Assembly: GCA_001642005.1 (NCBI GenBank)
Contig: LWCA01000205.1
Location: 1-40,681 of the forward strand
DNA length: 40,681 nt
From: Intoshia linei
Taxonomy: Eukaryota; Animalia; Orthonectida
Reading direction: 5' to 3'
Shown here: positions 1-10,810 of the stretch, one piece after another
Layout of the letters: every line of letters starts with the position of its first letter
Position numbering within the stretch: position 1 is the first letter of the stretch
Translations under genes and position numbers: made by a program
The notes under the pieces: model-generated
Database searches by the model: none
What the model was told of the DNA's origin: nothing
The model's input: the letters and a program-made list of their open reading frames with translations, nothing else

Positions 1-511
1 AATTAGAAAATTCAATTCTTTGACAAGCTGTGATGGTTAAATCTCTAGATAACCCACCCGCCGTAAAATTTAATGGACCAAGTCGATATTCAATCTCATA
101 ATCAAAATGTTTGATTTTAAGTAATAAATTCAACAAGGTTTCAGGTAAGTTTTTTGATGGTCTAATGTATACCAAAGGTTTGTGATCAGTGATAATCTTA
201 ACAGGATGGCCTAATAAGTATGTCTTAAATTTTAACACGCTTTTAACAATAGCAAATAGTTCCTTATGGGTTGTGCTGTAACGCATTTCAGTATTGTTAA
301 ATTTTCTACTAAAATATTCTATAACTTTTTTATTCTGTAATATCACCGCACCAACTCCAACTTTAGAAGCATCACATTCTAATATAAAATCACAATTCTT
401 TTGAGGTAATAATAGAAGTGGTGAAGACTTGAGAGCCTTTTTTAATGACATATAAGCCGAGTGTTGGTTTTCCTGCCATACAAAAGCTACACTTTTCTTT
501 AATAGTAAAAC
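1..511 (-). mobile_element. Ty3/gypsy LTR retrotransposon pol fragment (RT connection + RNase H), runs off the window
   Basis: Manual minus-strand translation, open to the window edge: LLKKSVAFVWQENQHSAYMSLKKALKSSPLL...FILECDASKVGVGAVILQ...YFSRKF...RYSTTHKELFAIV...YLLGHPVKIITDHKPL...DYEIEYRLGPLNFTAGGLSR. This matches the gypsy RNase H motifs DAS, ELxA and TDHKPL. The terminal ADxLSR motif has D->G. Confidence 0.93.
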
Positions 512-1031
512 TTACGTTTTGTTTAACTTACGAAGCGAATCGGCACCATCGAGAATGGGACAAAATGAGTGAATAAAGTGTTGACCACGTGATACTCTTT
601 TCATGGGGAAACCACCAACGTCTTTAATCAAACAATCATGTGACCCGTCAAGCATCGTGTCTTCATTAAAATTCAAAATTCTTAACATATAAAGCTCACC
701 CAATTTACGATGTGCACGTGCAAAAGCATGTGCATCGCAATCTGTAGCTTTCGAAAAATTAAGATTGAAGATGTTATATGAATTCTGAAGCGAGAGTTGC
801 GACTGCAGACGTCAATGACTGCTTCATATAAACCTTCTTTTGCAAACGGAAAGCCATCTCTTGATCACGTGCCTGACATAAAATTGCATTCGCATGCAAA
901 GTTTTTACTTCATCGCAGTCGATCACATTAACATTTAGAGCCGTATTCAACCTTTCATAAGAATTCGTACCATTTGTTAAATTTGCTAAAACCGATCGAA
1001 CTAACTTAGTTATCTGTATCTTTATCCACAA
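512..1031 (-). pseudogene. Decayed gag-like and aspartic-protease-like segment of the same gypsy element
   Basis: Frames directly upstream of the RNase H contain MLDGSHDCLI (degenerate LDTGS-like) and PILDGADSLRKL (ILGxDFL-like). A single in-frame TAA (514-512) separates them from the RNase H. The gag call for 774-1031 rests on position only. Confidence 0.5.
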
Positions 1032-1162
1032 TACAATTTATGATACTCATTATTTAATAATTGTAATCATATTAAAATTTTATAATTTGGTTTTAATATA
1101 TTATATTGATTAATCGAATTAATAATTTATACGAGTAATCCGATTTAAATTTAAATAAGACA

Positions 1163-2535
1163 AAAGGCCAAAAGTATAGACACATTTTTAACATCAATCA
1201 TTTTTATATTACAATTATTTGCAATAATGGTAAATTTCGACTGAAATATTTATAAAGTGAAGATTCAATTAATTATTGATACACAATTGATATTTTTAAG
1301 TATTTATTAAATTGGTACTGAATATATGTCATCACATTGAAAATGACAAAATAGGTTTTTATAATTTTATTTTTTTTGGAATTTATGCTATTTATGACAA
1401 TTTTTAAGATTGGACTGTTTTTACTTTATTGTTAATATTATACACACATTTGGTCTAATAAACAAAGACTACTGTATACTTTATATATTTTGGTTTAAGC
1501 TGTCCTTGCTAATAAATTAAAAAAATGGGATAATAATTGTTTTTAAAATNTTTTTATTTTTAAAACATTTTTTATAATCTTTAAATTTTAAAACTACAGC
1601 ACAACGAATTTATAAAATTATAAATTTATATTAACTGAAACGTGTTATTTTTTTTATTGATAATTGTTACAAATTTAACATAAAATGATAAAAAGAAAAA
1701 CTACATTTAGTAGCTAACAGTCCAAAATAATGAAGATAAGACGTTCAATGAGTCTCAAAAAGAACATGATATACGAAATAGGTAAGACAACAATTGTTTT
1801 TTTAATTTTTTTAATTAATCATTATATTGTATTCATTCTGATTTACATTTAAGAAAATTTTTAGTAGACAATCAAATTTTTTTATAAAATAAGAAAAAAG
1901 GCCAAAAGTATGGACACATTTTTAACATCAATTATTTTTATATTACAATTCTTTGCAATAATGGTAAAATTCGACTGTAATATTTAATTAATTATTGATA
2001 CACAATTGGTATTTTTAAGTATTTATTAAATTGGTACTGAATATATGTCATCACATTGAAAATGACAAAATAGGTTTTTATAATTTTATTTTTTTTGGAA
2101 TTTATGCTATTTATGACAATTTTTAAGATTGGACTGTTTTTACTTTATTGTTAATATTATACACACATTTGGTCTAATAAACAAAGACTACTGTATACTT
2201 TATATATTTTGGTTTAAGCTGTCCTTGCTAATAAATTAAAAAAATGGGATAATAATTGTTTTTAAAATTCTTTACGCAAATTTTAACAAAACAAAATTAA
2301 GATGGAAAAAAATGGGATAATTGTTTTTAAAATTCTTTACGCAAATGTTAACAAAAAAAATTAAGATGGAAATAATTCTTTAAAGTACAAAATAATGTGA
2401 TATGATGGTTCCACCTGAAACAAATTTGGGAACCACTTCTTTAAAGAGATTGATAAGTTAATAGTATGATTTTTAAGTTAAATTTTCCACGTGAATTTAT
2501 TTTTTTGGTATGATAAAAATGTGCCTTCGGCATGT
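1163..2535 (+). mobile_element. Helitron-family internal/3' fragment with a ~385 bp direct duplication (1163-1549 and 1897-2269) around an N
   Basis: Reverse complement matches 38170-38660 of the full Helitron copy. The two duplicated arms are identical over their last ~270 bp. Confidence 0.75.
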
Positions 2536-2649
2536 GTGTGAAATGATGTGATTACTTAAAGCTAACTGTGTCCAACAAATCATAATAATCAAAACAAATT
2601 TACTAAATGAAGTGCGCGCTGTGGTATAAAAATTTTAAGAATCACTACA

Positions 2650-3780
2650 CTAGTTTGACTGTTATGTACAAACACCACTCAGTTCTGCGGGGGCGGAAAT
2701 TTTTAATTCTACCAACGTTTTTACATCGCGGACCGGTCATTTCACATTATCTTTTAATTTAAAGTGAATTATTCCCACTTCATTTTATTTTAACCTTTGT
2801 GATCCTACTTTATTAATTTATTAGAGAGAATGAGTGTATACTATACACTGTATAATCTTAAAAATAAAGTAAAAACAGTAAATCCTAAAAATTGTCGAAA
2901 GAGCTTAAATTCCAGAAAAAATAAAATTGTAAATAAACGAGTATTTTCTGTGATGGTATGGGCAAAAGCACCGCGGTATACATAATTGACACTCCTGGTA
3001 TATACTTAGTATCTGTTTTCGACGAGTAAAAAATATCAAGTTTTTATCAATACTAAAAACAGTGTCAGTACTTTAAAAACATATTTCGGGTTAATTTCAT
3101 CATCATTGTAATAAATATAAAAATGATAATAACAAAATTGTACTTAATACAGTATGTAGTACTTTGTTGTAGTTTTAGACTAAAATTTAATAATGAGTGA
3201 TTTAAAGCTTGATGAAAATGCAAAATTGCGTAGAAATGAAAAATAATCCAAAGGAATCAATCTATGAGATTTCCACCCATGTCTCTTTATTGAAAATTTA
3301 CTAGACGTTAAATGCACATTTTTTTGAAATTGTAGAATGAATATTTACTTTTTCATTTTAAATTTTAATTAAAGCTGCCAGATTAAAAACGTACTCATAT
3401 TACTTAGTTACAAAATTATAATGTTGTATTGGAATTTTACAAGTTTTTAGTTTTAAACTATATAAAATACAATTGTAAATGATTTCACATTATTTGAATT
3501 AATCGTATACCATAGCGTATTACATTTTAAAAATTATTAAAGTTTAATATAATAAATTTAAATTTTTAGTACGTTTTTATCAATGCTGCCTAAAACGTAC
3601 TTTTACAAAAAAACGTACTTCTGGCAGCTTTATTTTAATCCAAACATTTCATAAATATATGTTGATATTATATTAAAAGAAGGAGCTGAGATTTACCAAA
3701 TGTTAATAATTTTAAAACGCGTCCCAGAATGTATGTTTTATTACATTTTTTGGTTGTTTAATTTTTTTAACAAATCATTG
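2650..3780 (-). mobile_element. Non-autonomous Helitron, 5'-truncated
   Basis: CTAG terminus at 2650-2653 next to A2649, followed by the family 3' block (GTTCTGCGGGGGCGGA...TTCTACCAA). The internal part is shared with 18960-19330, 32420-32780 and 38660-38960. Confidence 0.75.
3370..3631. mobile_element. hAT-type MITE nested in the Helitron
   Basis: TIR AAAGCTGCCAGA / TCTGGCAGCTTT and 8-bp TSD ATTTTAAT (3362-3369, 3632-3639). Helitron sequence resumes on both sides. Confidence 0.8.
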
Positions 3781-3929
3781 ATGCATAGTCATAACTAATG
3801 ACTCTTGATCCATGATAAATTACAAATGGATTGCGTAGATTCACATGTACAATGTACATGCTTAAAATTTAATCAATGAAAATTGATGAAACATATGTTG
3901 AGCCCAAGTATTGAATTTATAATTTTATG

Positions 3930-4200
3930 ACCAATTAGTTTGTGAGTTAAATTCAAGATTAACATCTATTGTTCTATCTAAGCGCTTATAACGCCATGCA
4001 CCAGTAAGCACTATCAGGCTTTATTTGAGATTAACCGGATATAAATCAGCTTGATTAATTGTCCGACTGATTCTGCCATTGTAGTCAACACAATTTGGTT
4101 CTACATGTATCTACCATTAATTGATGGAATACAGATTGAGTATTTTCCATGGTGGTAGCTACGTCTAGTTTTATTTTCACGTTAACGTCAGATATCACGT
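3930..4200 (-). pseudogene. Highly decayed gypsy reverse-transcriptase N-terminal fragment
   Basis: Frameshifted translation NCVDYNGRISRTINQADLYPVNLK*SLIVLTGAWRYKRLD resembles the RT block CxDY...N......D.YP.......L.G...F.KLD. Confidence 0.4.
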
Positions 4201-6311
4201 AACTTATTTTGAAATTTGTAGAAATGGCCAACTTTATGTAATTTTTATATAAATATAATAATAATGTAATATATATTGTAAGGTAATAAGTATGCACCAT
4301 ATTATTAGTATTTTTAATTTTTTTTTCATCAACTTGGATATTTATAAACAAGATTTGTTTGTTTTTAACAAGAAACTAAAATAAAGCCGGTATAATGAGA
4401 TAGAAGCCGGTTATTTTGATAAACAAACATGGATATTTTTTGACTCGTCGGTTACTCATAATTTTTTTGCATTTAGAACTCAACAATCAGACATTTTTTA
4501 TTTGATACAATTTAAATACATGTTAGAAGTAGTCTCAAGTTTGTTTTTAATATAAGGTATCATAAAAGTACACTTTGACCATTAGAATTGATAAAAGAAA
4601 TTCTGAAAATCGGCTAAAAGACCGAAAGATGACAAAATTGATTATATTCGTTACGCTTTTTTAAATTTATTTCGACAAATACTACTTTTTTGATTGGATC
4701 ATCTTAAGAATTTTTTAATTAAAAATATATGCAATCTAAGACAAAAATTTGATTTTCACTAGTGTGGTAATTGCTATACTATATGTAACATCCACTTATA
4801 TTCAAAAATTATTATTTATGTATAATATTAATTATTTGATTATAAGTAGGATACGTTTATTAGAGTTTTACAATTATAATTATGATTGTTGATATTCACT
4901 GATTATTAGAATAGTTACATCATTGACACAGTTTGCAACACTTGTAATTTACGCATCAACTAACGTATGCGTATCTAATTATTTATTGTGTCTTATTTGC
5001 TGAATATTGATGAAATCCATGTATAATTTATTACATGCATGAAACGTGACTAAAAATTTGCATAATAATACTGACTCGGCATGATTCTTGGTAACTGTTG
5101 GTCATTAAATAATCATATATCAGCTAGGGAAATCAATAAATCGATAAATACTCAAATTTTTCTACTTGCAGTCCAGCAGTATTTTCTTATTCTAATGATA
5201 AAATGTTTGACACAATGTAATCTAATCGTAAATCTACTTTTAATACACTACAGTGCACTGTAATCACGTTTATAATCTCCAGTGACAAAATATCATATGA
5301 CTTGATATATTCTATAAAGAAATCATTCAATACGCAATGGGGCAATCAGGCGTCATATTTTGTATGAAACTTATTATAATTATAGATTAGAATCGGCATT
5401 TTTTACATTTAACATTTACAATTATACAAGAAATTATTAATATACTAAGAAATACTAATAATGTATATATTTAACAGACTCAAAGTGATTGATGTGAACA
5501 CTTGATTTTCACAAAACAATTGTCTGTAACAATTGAATTTTGTATCTTTTTATTGACAATTTTTTCTGTAATGTAAGTATAAAAACTCCATCAGTTGTGA
5601 TGTTATTTAAATTTTAGGATTATTTGTTTTTTTTTCATTTTTTTAAAATAATGAGTAATTGAGATTTTTATTCGTGAAATTCCAAAAAATTTTTTTTTTG
5701 AAAGATTATTTTTGAAATTGAAATGATATATATAATATTGTGAATAAAAAATTACATAATTTTATAAATGTACATTAAAGCTATTCCAATTTGGACTTTT
5801 TTTTGAAATTTAAAAGATATATAGATAATGATCTCCATTTAATTCGCTACACAATGATATAATTTTTTTTTATTTTCGTTACAAAAAACCCCCGCGTCTT
5901 TACCTTTTTCTGTTTTTCTAACATTTTTTACCCTGTAGTTGCCATGCATTTGTTATAATTTTAAGATATATCATAGATCATGTGACACTTATCATATTAA
6001 TTAAAAAAAATCAATAAAAAATCGTTTAGTTTAGACACCATTCACGGACAAACTTTTTGTAATTTTTAAAAAAATTATATAATTTAAAAAAAAAACATGA
6101 ATTTATATAAGTTTGTAATATTCTGGGTTTGTAAAATTGTAATTTTTTATTTTTGGGTTGAATTAAGCAGTGATTGTGATTTCCAGGGAAAAATAAAAAA
6201 TTTTAGAGACCTTAATTAATTTTAGAAACAAAAAGAAATTTAATTAATTAACAATTCTAAATAAAACAAATCTAGATTGAAATTTACAAATTTAATTAGA
6301 AAAAAATTTAT

Positions 6312-6530
6312 TTATTTTAGATTGTTGAAAAAGTGTTTCAAAACACACATAATATTGATAGATTCGTTTTTGAAACGTGTTCTACGTTTTGTAATGAAAT
6401 TAGAAGCAGTATAGAAATTTCTTTCACTTTGTGTTGACGTTGGTTGAACGGACATAAGGGCTTCATTTAATTTTAACTATCTTGATGATAGCGTTCCAGT
6501 TCGTAACAACTCATAATATTTTTCAAAATA
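6312..6530 (-). pseudogene. hAT transposase C-terminal dimerisation-domain remnant
   Basis: Translation YELLRTGTLSSR*LKLNEALMSVQPTSTQSERNFYTASNFITKRRTRFKNESINIMCVLKHFFNNLK* carries the hAT motif PTSxxSERxF...TKxRxR and one internal stop. Confidence 0.8.
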
Positions 6531-7033
6531 ATATTGGAAAAAGAGAATAATTCCATTAAGCGTTAGTAATTTGTGGTTGGAATAAGAGGTTTTTAAAAAA
6601 AGTATTGAAAAAGGATATTTTTCCATTAAGGGCTTGAAATGGTATTTTTGATTAAATTTTATTAGTTTTGGGATTTTTGAAATGGTAAATTTTAAATTGT
6701 ATTATAATATAAATCAAATATATGTATATCTCAATTTTTTTTGGGAATTCCCGGAAAATCGTAAAAATCATGGTTCTTAATATAACTGCGTGATTGATTG
6801 ATTTACTTGTTAGTTAATGTTAATAACTGGTTTTTACTTTGTATTGTCATTACATTGACTTTTTACTTTATCGATTTCGCCATAATCTAGTGTTTTTAAA
6901 TATTATAACATCAAACAGCTACCATCAAATTTTAACAGGTTAGAATTGACAATTTAAAAGAATATCACTTAATTATTAACAAAATGAATTATAAATATTT
7001 AATATATGATTGTTTTTTAGTAATAATCATAAA

Positions 7034-8248
7034 ATGCCGAACAGCCCTATCGACACGGATGCGAATACGAATGCGAATACGGATGATTCACTGGACCAAG
7101 AAGTCAACATTAAATTTTTACAAAACTTGGTTGAAAACAAAAATATAATCCGTCCAATATTTCGTTTAAAAACAAAATCTTTTGATGAGCGACCTAGTAC
7201 ATACGTAATACCTAGACCTAGGTTAACATATGCTCAAATGATTTGGCTTGCCATATACCAGTCTGAAGTTACAGCCTTACAACTTTCCAGTATCTATAAT
7301 TGGATAATCAATAATTTTGAGTTCTTTGATAACGATGAAAAATACAAAATGAAAAATTCCGTTCGACATAATTTATGTACTAATGATAGTTTTTTTAAAG
7401 TCAAGCCGACCGGCAAAAAATATACTGGGACACATTTTTGGTATATCACGGAAAGTGAATGTGCTGTACCCAATGAATATTTGAGAAAATTAAATATGCA
7501 TCATTTCATTAAAGAAGGAAATCTAAGATTAAATGAAAAGATGATGATTAAATATCATTTAAAGGCTAACAATAGAAAAAGAAAACGAGCCGTTTCACGT
7601 ATTGTACGAAATGCTGGTAACATTATATATTGTAGTCATTACATAATTATAACAATTTGTGTATTTAAAAGTTTTTTTAAAAATTATTAATTAATATTTA
7701 TAGATGGATCAAATGAAAACCCTGATGATAACGATTACAACATTTTTTATGATTATTCCGTTATCCGATATTTACCAGATGAGCATGCAAATTCATTGAT
7801 TCATTCAATACCAGATATCGATTCTCACGTAATTAAAAATAAGACTAAAATTACGTTGACGAATAATAATTACAACAAACAAGTATGCGTAGTTGAACCG
7901 ACTGAGGTTACACAATATAACAACCTCGTAAACAGAACTGACATTTATACGACTGAAAATTATACTTTAAATGGTTTTCATGGTGTACATGACAATTATA
8001 GTCCTATACATAAGTTTGAAGGATTAATGAATGAGACTGAGTACTGTGTCATAGACAACACATCACCAATAATCGCTGTTAATACTATTCCCGATTATGT
8101 AATACCCGTATATAATGTGGATCCTATGTTTTCGGGTGCTAATGTTCAATCATATCACGAATGGGATCAAAATGATCAAAAAAATCAAAATCAGAAAAAT
8201 AGTGAAAATTATGAAAATTATGAATATGGAAGCTTTAAAAATAAATGA
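7034..8248 (+). CDS. Forkhead-box (Fox) transcription factor, divergent; exons 7034-7616 and 7704-8248 (375 aa)
   Basis: Winged-helix domain RPRLTYAQMIWLAI...LQLSSIYNWIINNFEFF...KNSVRHNLCTNDSFFKV...HFW, followed by basic NLS-like RKRKR. An 87-bp GT-AG phase-1 intron joins the two listed ORFs in frame. AATAAA occurs about 50 nt after the stop. Subfamily not assignable by eye. Confidence 0.92.
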
Positions 8249-8416
8249 ATTTCATACTTGATAATTTACGAAATAGTTTATGTAGTTTTACTGATAATAA
8301 ATTTATATTTTTTCATTTGACAATTCTTTATTTCGTATAGAGCAGGTTCACCAAAATGGCCACAATTAATGAACCCTACTGAGTTAATCGAGAATATCTT
8401 TAATTCATTTTAATTA

Positions 8417-9167
8417 TCCTAACTTAAATAATATAATATGCTACACGATTTTTGTTTGTGTGTTATGCTGTATTTAAATAACTACCCGTCTTAGAATTTT
8501 ATAAAGTCCACATTTCAATTACAGTTTTTTCCGGGAAGTATAAGATAAATTTCAACCTCCAATTTCACATCTTACGGGTCATTAAACCCAGTTTTCCTTC
8601 TTTTTGAAAATCAAACGAGTTGAAAAATTTAAAAAATAAATACGCTGATGCGGATTTTAAAATCATAAACATTATCATAAATTTAAATTTATAAAAATAT
8701 GTTCAGGGCCAAAACCCCAAATTACCCTTCTTTTTTTAATGAATACAGCCCTAAAATTTCAATCTGAATAAGTGACGCCTTCACGGTCAAAAAAGGACTT
8801 TAGTATTCATGTTTTTTTCCGAAATATTTTATTAAAACAAAAAATGTGAAATAATTAAAGTCCAAAAATTTAAAAAAAAATTATTCTGATAGAACTTATT
8901 CCAGTTAATATAAATACAAAATTTCAACCACTGCAATCTACGCATTTACGGTGAAAAATAATTTTTAACATATTTTTAACCATTTATTTTCAAATATTTA
9001 AACGGTTAACATTAAAATTAGGGTTGAATAATTCACTTTAAATTAAAAGCTAATGTGATATGACTCGTTTAAAGCAGATGTGGGCAACTTTTTTTTTGTA
9101 GAATAAAAATGTCCGCCATCAGGAGAGCTAGGTGCTGTTTGTACGTAGTACAAAACAGTTAATCTAT
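8417..9167 (+). mobile_element. Non-autonomous Helitron, 5' type A, both ends present
   Basis: A|TCC start and TG-repeat near the 5' end. 3' hairpin CTGTTTGTAC-GTA-GTACAAAACAG is followed by CTAT|T (decayed CTAG). Confidence 0.82.
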
Positions 9168-9621
9168 TATTGTATAAAATTGACAATAAATTAATCTAAA
9201 GTTTTCAATGAAAACTTTTCATAATCCATTAAATTCGTAATATTTCTTAGGACACAAAAAAGTCTTAAGCCCCACGGTTGGGAAACACTGGATTGGAATA
9301 AACGCTAAAAATGTAATAATTTTCTTTAAAAAGTGGTCAATTTAATGAAAGTAAAAAAATAATTATTAATCTAATTATTTTAATTATAATTAAGAAAATT
9401 AATCTCTTTCATTACCGCTGGTCACGACTATTGATTTATACATCATTATTAAAAAATATTTCGGCCCGTTAATAATAATCTAATTTTCAAAACATTATGG
9501 TAGGTACATATTAGTTAGTTGTAGAGAAAACTGTATATTATATACTGTATATTGGATCATAGTTTTCAACCGAATTATCGGTTTGAATACATAATTATAA
9601 CGCATTATGAAGACATTATAC

Positions 9622-9964
9622 CAGTATTTCCCAACCTTTTTTATAACATTAGCCATATTATAGTACTTATTTTGATATTACCCACTATATTGTTTAACTG
9701 CATTTTGGCTGATCAGGTTTTTAGAATAAAACATAAATTTTTTAATAGTAAACTTTAATTAAAATTTTTTAAAAAACTAATTTTACAAAATAGTAAAATA
9801 AAGGGGAAATTGTGTTTTTGACCCTAAAGGAATCAATGGGAAAAATTATATTTCATATGTTACTGTGCATGCGATACAAAAAAAATTAAAAAATTTCGCG
9901 ATTACCCGTGAAAAATATCAAATTACCTACTCGTAGGTAAATACCCACAGGTTGGGAATCACTG
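9622..9964. mobile_element. hAT MITE
   Basis: TIRs CAGTATTTCCCAACCT / AGGTTGGGAATCACTG with perfect 8-bp TSD CATTATAC. Confidence 0.9.
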
Positions 9965-10810
9965 CATTATACGAAAGTATCTCCAAAAAAGATTTAAAAA
10001 TAAAAGTGTAAAATTATGTAAATTTTACTTTTTGTAGCACTTTCACATTTGAATTTGAACATTGATCACAATGTGTAATTATGTATCTATCTATCAAGCG
10101 TAACTATTTAATTAAAATGCAAATTTATTAAATCACTGGTTGGTAGGAAACATAAAATTATGAATATTTAATCAAATTAAAAAATTTCACTTGTTCTGCA
10201 TTTACTTATAAATAAAATAATTTCAAACCATATAAAAATATATGTAAATGAAAAAGGATTTTGCCTTGACATATATTTTTCAATGGACAATGATAATGAG
10301 GTAAAAATACATTCAAATTGCAGTTAACAAACAGTATTACTAGTAGATTATAGAAAATAATTATAAACCCCATTTAGATTTACAAACCTCCAGGCTGCCG
10401 AAAATGTCAAATAACCCAATTTTTTTTTTTTAAATAGTGCGTAAATTATTATTGCATAGATTCATATTGCCCATAGTCACATATTCAAAGCTCTGGGCTT
10501 GACATTTTAAATTTAACCCATTAATACAATAATAGTCGTGATATTCACGAATATAATTTTTCTTTTAGTTTTTTTAAATTTTCTTTCATATTGTTTTTTT
10601 AGGTTCGGCATTGACTCCATTTACCTTAAATTTTATTTTCTATTGTATTTACGTCAGTTCCAAGTTGGTCACTGAATAATGGTTTTTTATAACTATAATT
10701 TCGTGGAAAATAAGTTTTACTTACTAATCTGTTGTTTAATTATTTCAATTAACTCCAAACTTTTAATATACATTAAGTGCATTTTTTAACATTATTAATT
10801 CATAATTTTA

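Noticed and set aside
7010-7033. TTG start given by the ORF track for the Fox gene
   Set aside because: Prokaryote-style start call. It overlaps a splice-acceptor tract, so ATG 7034 is preferred.
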